64,000 nucleotides of DNA from an uncultured virus (IMG/VR IMGVR_UViG_3300043568_000902) (Duplodnaviria; Heunggongvirae; Uroviricota; Caudoviricetes). Within the stretch, counting starts at the first letter, position 1, and every line of letters begins with the position of its first letter. Under the pieces are notes generated by a model. The model was not told where the DNA came from, did no database searches, and was given only the letters and a program-made list of their open reading frames with translations. The translations under genes and the position numbers were made by a program. The stretch lies in IMG/VR virus record IMGVR_UViG_3300043568_000902; one strand, written 5' to 3'. Positions 47,711 through 56,100 of the stretch are shown one piece after another.

Positions 47711-50119
47711 ATGCCCAAAGTTAGAGTATTAAAAGCACCAGGTGCTCCAGTAAAAGCTACACAAGGTATAGACCAGAGTACTGGTTTACCAATTCGTGTA
47801 TCTAGTGTATATACAGGAACTCCTGATACAACATTTTTTAATCCTGCAAATAGAGGTGTAGGATCACAAATGTTTGCGGGTAATGTGCAAAGTGAAGAAT
47901 CTAAAGCGGTATCAAACCCATTTAGTCTTAAGAATCCTTACATGGAGACTAAGCAAAAGACTGGTGACTTTGTAAGAAATATTCACAACTTTTACATGGA
48001 TAAGGCTAAAAGTACTACAGATCAAAATGAAAAACTTTCTGCTATTGCATCAATTAAAAAGATGTTTCCTAAATCAGACATTGATCCTAATACCGGTGAG
48101 CTTATAAAAGAATTCAAGATGCCAGAAGTTCCTGGAGTTACTTCAGCATTTGATGCATTAAAAGTAAAGTATCAAGTAGATCCACTTGAACCAGATGTTG
48201 TAAAAAAAGGTGAGTATGAATCTACATCTCAAAAGAGAGCTAAACAAGGAGTAGACCCATACGTAGCTTTAAATGTTTTAGAAAATCCAGACTCTAAAAG
48301 AATTTTTGATAACGTAGTTAGTACATATAAAAATGATGTATTAAGTAAGAATGATCCTAATCGCATTTCTCTTTTGCAAGAAGCAGATAGAGTAGGAGAA
48401 GAATTTACCAAGACTTCCGCTAAATATACTATTGATCAAATTAATGTTGGAAAAGTATTTACTAAACTTGATCAAAATTTGGGATCAACTGCAGGATTAT
48501 ATAAGCAATGGTTTTATGAGGATAAAGGTAATTCAGGAAGCGGTTTAGCTAAAGGTAGTATTATAGATCAAGGAGGTTATCAAAGTAAACTTCGTTCAGA
48601 CGAATTAGTAAATGATTATGCTGACATGTATGTTGATTGGGCTATTAATTCATCAAGTAGTAATTTCTATTTTAATGGTAGACAGGCATCAAGTCATTTA
48701 ACAGATGTTGCAGATGAGTTTCATGAGTTTGCTCAAGGACAGTTAGGTCTTAACTGGGCGCAACAAATGTGGTATGGTCAAGAAAATACAGATGACCTTA
48801 TAAGAATGTTAGATGAAAGAGGTGCTAATGGTAAAAAAATGTTTAAAAAATTTGTAATAGATTACTGGTCTAAGAACGGTATGGACATTTATCAAGGTAT
48901 GGATGAAACAATGTCTACAGATCGTGGTGCGGAAAGTATTGAAAGTAATTACCCGTTCATGGCTGCACCAAGTGCAACATCATATGCGGACATATTTACA
49001 GCGGCTTATCAAAGTAAATATGGTACTAAGGGTGTAATATTAGCAATGGATAATGCACAAAAGCTTTCTAAATTACCAGGCTATGATAGCTTTTATAAAG
49101 AATACAGCAAAGCTGCTGTAGATGATAAAAATGACTTACTTTCATATAATCCAAAAGGGTTAGGTGAAGTTACAGGAGAAGGACAAGGTGCTAAGTTTGC
49201 TCTTCCTTATACAATTAATTATGATGCTTCTTTACCAACTACAGGAGAGTTATTTTTAGGAGATCGGCCTGCACAACAAGATTTATCTGGTAATGCATTC
49301 TTACCCAGTGTGTTAAATAACTTTTTTGACATTAATAGTCAAACTGCCGCAAGTAGAGATAACCTAACGTTTTCAGATAAACCATACTTATTTGATGGTG
49401 ATATGAATGCGCTATTAACAGAGTTAGATATTACAGATTCCCCTGCAAAAAATTGGGATTGGGACAACACAATTTCTACAAACCTTGACGACAAACATGA
49501 CGAGGCTATAGATGCAAACTCCCTAGATATAATCAAGGCTTATTTAAAAGATACAAATAACTATTATGGGAAACAAAGTGAGGATGCAAGACCTAAAGGA
49601 GAAATTAAAATATTTCCATTAGGAGCATCAACTGATTTATTTTCTGGTTACCAAATAAGTATAAATGGAAAGTGGTTAAAATCAAAAGGTTATCAAGAAG
49701 ATGAGAATGATAAAACCTATTCTATGTTAATACCTACAGGTAAAACTAATAATAAGGCATATAATTCAATTAGAAAATCAGATTGGGTAGACATGGTTAT
49801 TCAAGCTGACGGTGGTATTTCATATAATCTAGATGGTGTTGGTAACTTTAAAATTGGAACTAAAATTATTAAAGGTAAAGAGTATTACACAGTTAACTCA
49901 AGCTATTATAATTTAGATGCTACAACAGGAAGATTGAAACAAGATAACTTTAGAGAGCGTATATTTGAAAAAGGTTTTTATAGTGGTGAAATGTTATACG
50001 AGCAACTTAAAGAAAAGTTTTTAAGTACGCAGTATAGCAATGAAAACACCAAAATGGAAGCTAAGCGCAATAGCACAAATCTTATCTTTGACCCTAGTCA
50101 ATTATTACAAACGCCTTAA
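47711..50119 (+). CDS. Putative virion cargo/ejection protein
   Basis: Long ORF in the cargo cluster; no Cys seen. Confidence 0.5.
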   Translation: MPKVRVLKAPGAPVKATQGIDQSTGLPIRVSSVYTGTPDTTFFNPANRGVGSQMFAGNVQSEESKAVSNPFSLKNPYMETKQKTGDFVRNIHNFYMDKAKSTTDQNEKLSAIASIKKMFPKSDIDPNTGELIKEFKMPEVPGVTSAFDALKVKYQVDPLEPDVVKKGEYESTSQKRAKQGVDPYVALNVLENPDSKRIFDNVVSTYKNDVLSKNDPNRISLLQEADRVGEEFTKTSAKYTIDQINVGKVFTKLDQNLGSTAGLYKQWFYEDKGNSGSGLAKGSIIDQGGYQSKLRSDELVNDYADMYVDWAINSSSSNFYFNGRQASSHLTDVADEFHEFAQGQLGLNWAQQMWYGQENTDDLIRMLDERGANGKKMFKKFVIDYWSKNGMDIYQGMDETMSTDRGAESIESNYPFMAAPSATSYADIFTAAYQSKYGTKGVILAMDNAQKLSKLPGYDSFYKEYSKAAVDDKNDLLSYNPKGLGEVTGEGQGAKFALPYTINYDASLPTTGELFLGDRPAQQDLSGNAFLPSVLNNFFDINSQTAASRDNLTFSDKPYLFDGDMNALLTELDITDSPAKNWDWDNTISTNLDDKHDEAIDANSLDIIKAYLKDTNNYYGKQSEDARPKGEIKIFPLGASTDLFSGYQISINGKWLKSKGYQEDENDKTYSMLIPTGKTNNKAYNSIRKSDWVDMVIQADGGISYNLDGVGNFKIGTKIIKGKEYYTVNSSYYNLDATTGRLKQDNFRERIFEKGFYSGEMLYEQLKEKFLSTQYSNENTKMEAKRNSTNLIFDPSQLLQTP

Positions 50120-50121
50120 TA

Positions 50122-53100
50122 ATGGATCAAAACGTACAAAACAACCTTGACACTGATGTTAGCTCATTAGACCAACTTGCTGCGAGAATTAGTACCTTAA
50201 GACAAACTGAATCACCTACAAGTATTAAGATAAATACACCTGGTAGTAGTGCAGGTTTAAGTACAATAAATGCATCAAGTGCTCAAGATTTTGATAATTT
50301 TTTAAATGGTTTAAATAACCAAGCTTATGATCCTCTTAAGTTTAACAGAGTATCTAATTCTGCATTTCAACCATTACTTCGTTATAGATTAAATCCTGAG
50401 TATGATAGTCAAGGTTATAACCCCTTTTCGGATAATGAAGCGGTTTATAATACCAATACAACTTGGGTGTCAGATATGGGTAGGGCAAGTAAATTAATAT
50501 TGCCTGCTATTGGAGATTTTGCTTGGGAAACTATGACTAACTATGACCTAACGGATTGGTCATCAGACATAGAAGGTGCAAAAGAATACTCAGATAAAAT
50601 GGACTTAATGATGTCCAGTAGGGGTGGTGCAGGTGGTTTTGCTGTAAATCTTTACGCTCAATTAGCTCCTACATTAGGTGTATTAGCTGGTATTGGTGCT
50701 GAACAAGTTATAGCAAAAGGTCTTGAATTTGGAGCATCTCGTTTTCCAGGTTTGCAAGGATTAGCTCCTGTTGCTGAAGGTCTAGAAGCAAACTCTGCAA
50801 GACAATTATTTAAACTACCAAAACTAGTATCATCTTTAGGAAAAGCTAAAGATTCTTTTAATGCATTTAGGACTTTAGATAGCGCTGCTAAAATTAGAAG
50901 TATTTATACAGGAGCTGCTAAAGGCGGTATGTCTCTTATAAAAGGTATCAATCCTTTATCTAATACTTTTAAAGCATATCAAAATATTAGAAGTGGTGCT
51001 GCTGGTGTAGCTTTAGCTGGTGATATGGCTAAGCTTTATAAAACAGCTGGGGGACTTTGGCGAGATGTACAAAACTATCGTGTTGTATTAAATGAAGCAA
51101 ACCTTGAAGGAGGTTTAGCTATAAACGAGCATATTAAAAATAAGCGTGAGGAATATATTAAGACTTACGGTTATGAGCCTATGGGCGATGATGCTTATGC
51201 AATATATGAGGAAGCTCAAGCTATAGGTAATGCTACTCAAATGATTAACATGGGTATTATTCACCTTACTAATTCATTTGGTTTTAATCGATTAGTGGAT
51301 AAAGCTATTTCTCCTAGAGCAGCAGCTGCTAAAACATTTGCTGAAAAGTTTAATGCATATATTGTTGAGACCGGTGCTAAAGGTGCTGGTAAAGCATCAT
51401 ACAAATTATTAGAAAATAATTTTAAAAAGTGGGGTAGCAAAGCTTACTATAAGCACATGCTTACTTCAGCACCATCTGGTTTATTATCATATTTTGGTAA
51501 TAACTTAATGGAAGGTACTCAAGAACTTTTACAGGAATCTATTGTAAACGGTGTTACTCATTATTATGATAACATGTATACAGATCCTATTAAGTTCCAT
51601 AAAGCAACAATGGGAGAATCTATTAAATATGGTTTAGGTTCTCAATTAGATGCTAAAGGAGCTGAGGTATTCTTATCAGGATTTTTAACAGGTGGTGCAG
51701 CAAACGTGGTTACCGCACCAATGCTTTCTGTATTTACAAAAGCAAATAAGATCATTGACCCTGAGGGTTATAAGAAAGCATTAGAATTATCTAATGAGCA
51801 AAAGAACCGTATTCTAACTTCTGCTAATTATGTAGCAGATAATAGACAAGAGTTCTTTAGCATGCTTGATAAAAGAGCTGGTGAACAATTAAACTACGCT
51901 AGATCTGGAGAAATTGCACAAGCACTTGGTGATGAAAAAACTGCTAGGGATATTAAAGATGGTGCTACATTTTCACATGTTTACAATCTTTATAAAGCTG
52001 GTCGAGTAGATATTATTAAAGATCAGCTAAATGGTTTATTAGAATTAGAAGATAATGAATTAGCTGATTCATTAAATGAAACTGTACAAGGTGATTATGG
52101 ATATGCTAATCTTAGAGATCGTGTTAAAACGACAATGAAGAGAGTAGACAATATTCAAAAAACTGTAGATAAGATTAATGATGTTTATGAGAATCCATAT
52201 CAACCTTGGGAGATAAATAAAAAAGTTAATCCTGATAAGTTTAATGAAGAGTACGCAAAGTGGGATGCATATGAAGATGCTAAGTACTTTGCAGCATTTG
52301 CTACGGACTCATATTCAAGAGCTGTAGAAAGAATGTATTCTATTACTAATGAAATGTCCAGCTCTCCTGTTTTCCAAAATACTGCGGGTATGGGTGTAGG
52401 TAGAATGTTTTCTGTTAATCAACTACAGGATGACGCTTCTAATCTAAGAACACAGGCTAAAATATATAGGGAGAATAATGAGTCTACTAAGGCTAATGAG
52501 CTTGAGGAGCGAGCTAATAGATATGACAACCTTGCAAAGAACTCAAACTTATACTCTAAGTTTTTACAATTTGTAGGTAAGTCCGAAACATTAAATGCTG
52601 AGGAGGCTAGAGATTTAGAAAAGGTAAAAGAAAAATTAGTAGAGCAAGGAATTAATGTAGAGGATCTTACATTAGATAATGTAGATGATATCGAAGCTCT
52701 TTTAAAAGACTCTTTCAATGAGTATGTTAAAGACCTTGCTAAAGATAACCCAAGTGCACTTCTAGACTCAAACTTAGATGAAGTATTTGCTCCTTATAGA
52801 GATTGGCATAAACTAGGAGATGACACAACTGTAATGGCTAAGTGGGTAAACCATTTATCTGACCCAGCTGGATTTAACAGAGTTCAAGATACTATCAAGA
52901 CTGCTAAAGATGAAGTCTATGCAAATAGAAAAAGAATCTTAAAAGAGCAAAAGGATAGATACATGAAAGGTCTTATAAAAGATAAACTTTTAAAAGATCT
53001 TTATGCTATTGGTGTTATGGTATCTAAAGAGGATGAGGATGCTTTCTTAAACGAGAAGCGCTATCCTAATCTTGTTGATGCTAAAACTATGGAGCCCATT

Positions 53101-56100
53101 AAAAGTAATGATCCAAGGATAGCAAACATTATAGATATCTTTGACCAGTATGAAGAGCTTAACGATGTATTGGTAAATGATAAACCTATTTACGATGCTT
53201 CAACTGAAACTATACTCGCCAACTCATTAACAGATGCTGCAGGTAGAACTAAGTCAGAAAAAGATACAAGAACATATTCTGATTTTGTTGAAGCTTTAGG
53301 TATAGATAATACAAAGGATGAACAGGAGGTAGAGATTAGTACTCTATACGATTACATTTTAGATAGTAAGTTTTCTACACCGGCTGAGAAAAAACTTGTT
53401 CAGCGTATTAAGGACAAGTACAAAAAGGCTAAGATAACTATAAGTAAAAACCACAATGCTCCTATTTCATATGATGAAACAAATGGTCTTATTATAGACT
53501 TGCGTTATGCATCAGATGAATACAAGGCTGGTAAAATGAGATCAGAGTTCCTTATGTTAAAAGGAATTATGACAGCGATGACCTTTAACTTTCTTGAATC
53601 AGATTCTAAGTTTGAAACTGAGGTAGAGGAAATGCGTAATGCTGTTAAAGAAGCTGTTTCAAAAAATTCTGATTTACTAGCAGAGTATAATGGTAGAATT
53701 CCTAGGGCGTTAGAATCTAACAAAGATTTTATTAATGATATCATGACCAACTCTTTATTTCAAGGTGTTGCGTCAAGAATTAAGTCTACAAAAGAAACAA
53801 AGAAAAGTGTTTATGCAGACTTTATAAAATCTATTAAGCAGTTCATTGGTAAATTATTAGGAATTAAAACTACAAGAAGTTCTATTTTAGATCAAGCTGT
53901 AAATCTTGTTGGATCTAAAATTCAAGATACTGATTACACTAAGCCGTTTAAAAAGGAAAAACCTAAGGCTGAAAAGAAAGCAGATGAAGCTCCAGAAGAA
54001 GGCGCTGAAGAAGTTAGTGAAGAAGATGCGATTGATGCTATAAATCAAAAAGTTAGCATAAAAGATATGCCGCAAAGTTTGGTAGATATTTTAGATGCTG
54101 AGTTTAAAAAAGTAATTAGTCTTTCAGATGCTCCTTACACTAAAACAGGATTTACAAAGTTTGTTGCTACAAGTCCTAAAGCTGCTTCACTTATTGAAAA
54201 ATGGAAGAAGAGTGAAAAGGCACGTTTGAAAAAAGAGGCTGAAGAATCTACTAAGAAAAAAGAAACTAAAAAGAAAAAGGTAGAAAAGGTTGAGGATGAT
54301 GAAGAGCCAGTTGAATTAACCGATGATGATAAAGAAGCTTTATATGAGTTAGGTTATAGCAGATCCGATATTAATGGTATGGGTGAATTAGCTGCTGAGG
54401 TTTTAGTTGAGAAGATGGCTAGAGATGAAAATCCTATGTTTGCTGCAGCTGAAGGTGATTTTACAGAGGCTGATAAAAAGGTAGCAGATCTGCGTAAAAA
54501 GGTTCTTGAACGAAATCTTCAACTTACTGCAGACCAAAAACAATACGAGCCTAAAAATAAAAAGAAAGCAAAAGAGGAAGGTAAGCCATTACTCTATCGC
54601 CGTATAAGTGAGCTGTTAGGTAAAGATAGTGATAGCATAAACCCTGTTAGTGCAGAGCGTGGTAATGTTACCGATGAAATCTACAGAGATTTTATGGGTG
54701 GCAGAATAAATAGTATTCCAGAACTAAGAACTGCTTTAGAAAAAGCTAGTGCTAAGAAAGGTCTATTTAAATATAACGATGACTTTGTAGTAGATCTTTA
54801 TGATACTATGCAATTCATTAGAGACTACTTGACTAATGCAGGTTTTAAGATTGTAGCAGACTTCCCAACACTATCAGGTGATATAGGTGGTCCAATTGCA
54901 GGTACTATTGACTTCTTAATCTATGATGAAGAAGGTAATATATCATTTATAGATTTAAAGACATCTACAGCTAATCTTAGAAAGAAGTATGCTAATCCTG
55001 AAAAGGATGAATATCAATACAAAGTTGGACATACCATTCAACAGAATGGTTATAGAGAATTGTTTAAACAACAAACTGGTGAGTCTGTAGATAATCTTCT
55101 TATTTTACCATTACAGATTTTTACAAACAGGGCTGGTATACACACTGGTATAAAATTAGAAGGTGCCGAGAATGATAAGGGAGACATGACTTACACCCTA
55201 CCTATATCAACTGCACGAGATATTTATCAGTTAACTGGTATTGGTAAGAGTAAAGTAACTGAAAAACCCGTTACTACTGATACCACTATTACTAAAGAAA
55301 TGTTTGCTGTGGACAAACTCTTTAAAGGTAAAGAGTCAGGTGACATTCTTAAAGTTATTGGTTATACTAAGAACGGGGTTAGATTTGAAGTACAAACTGA
55401 AGGGTTAAAGCCTACAAAAAATTTACCTTTTACAGAGCTTGAGAGATTACTTAAAGAAGGTAAACTAGAACCTTTAGAAGGTACTAAGCCTACTACAGAT
55501 AAAAAACCTGTTACTACTGAAAAAACTACTCAGCAAGCAATAGATGACCTAAGAGCTAGGGAACAAGTAGAGCTTCGTAATGCTATACCTAATATAGAAA
55601 GCTATAAAGATGCAGAAGGTAATTTAGATAAGAGCAAGTTTTCTCCTCTTGAACTTCAGTTCTATAATGAGATCTATGGAAAATATGATAAGCTTATTAG
55701 CCCATTAATAGCAGATGCTAAAGCTGATATAGAAAGAAGGAGACAAGAAGATCTATTTACTAAAAAAGGAGAAGATAATAAATTCGGTTTTGTTGAGGGA
55801 TTGATAAAAAACATGCCGGAAGTTGTCTTAGACATAATCAATTTTGCAAAAGCAGGACTTGTTGCAGAAAGCATATCAGATGAGTTGAATAAACTGCACC
55901 CTTCTTCATTTCCTTTCACTAGAGAAGATGTTAAAGAGGTAAGAAATTATTTAGGGATACCTAGGAACGGGGTGTCAGCAATGTCTGCGGGGCTGCTTCC
56001 TATGGATATGGGTTATGAAAAAGAAGAGCTGGAAAAAGCTAAAACCGTATTTAAAGAGTGGGTTGAATCCATAGATAAAATTAATGCTAGATACAATGAA

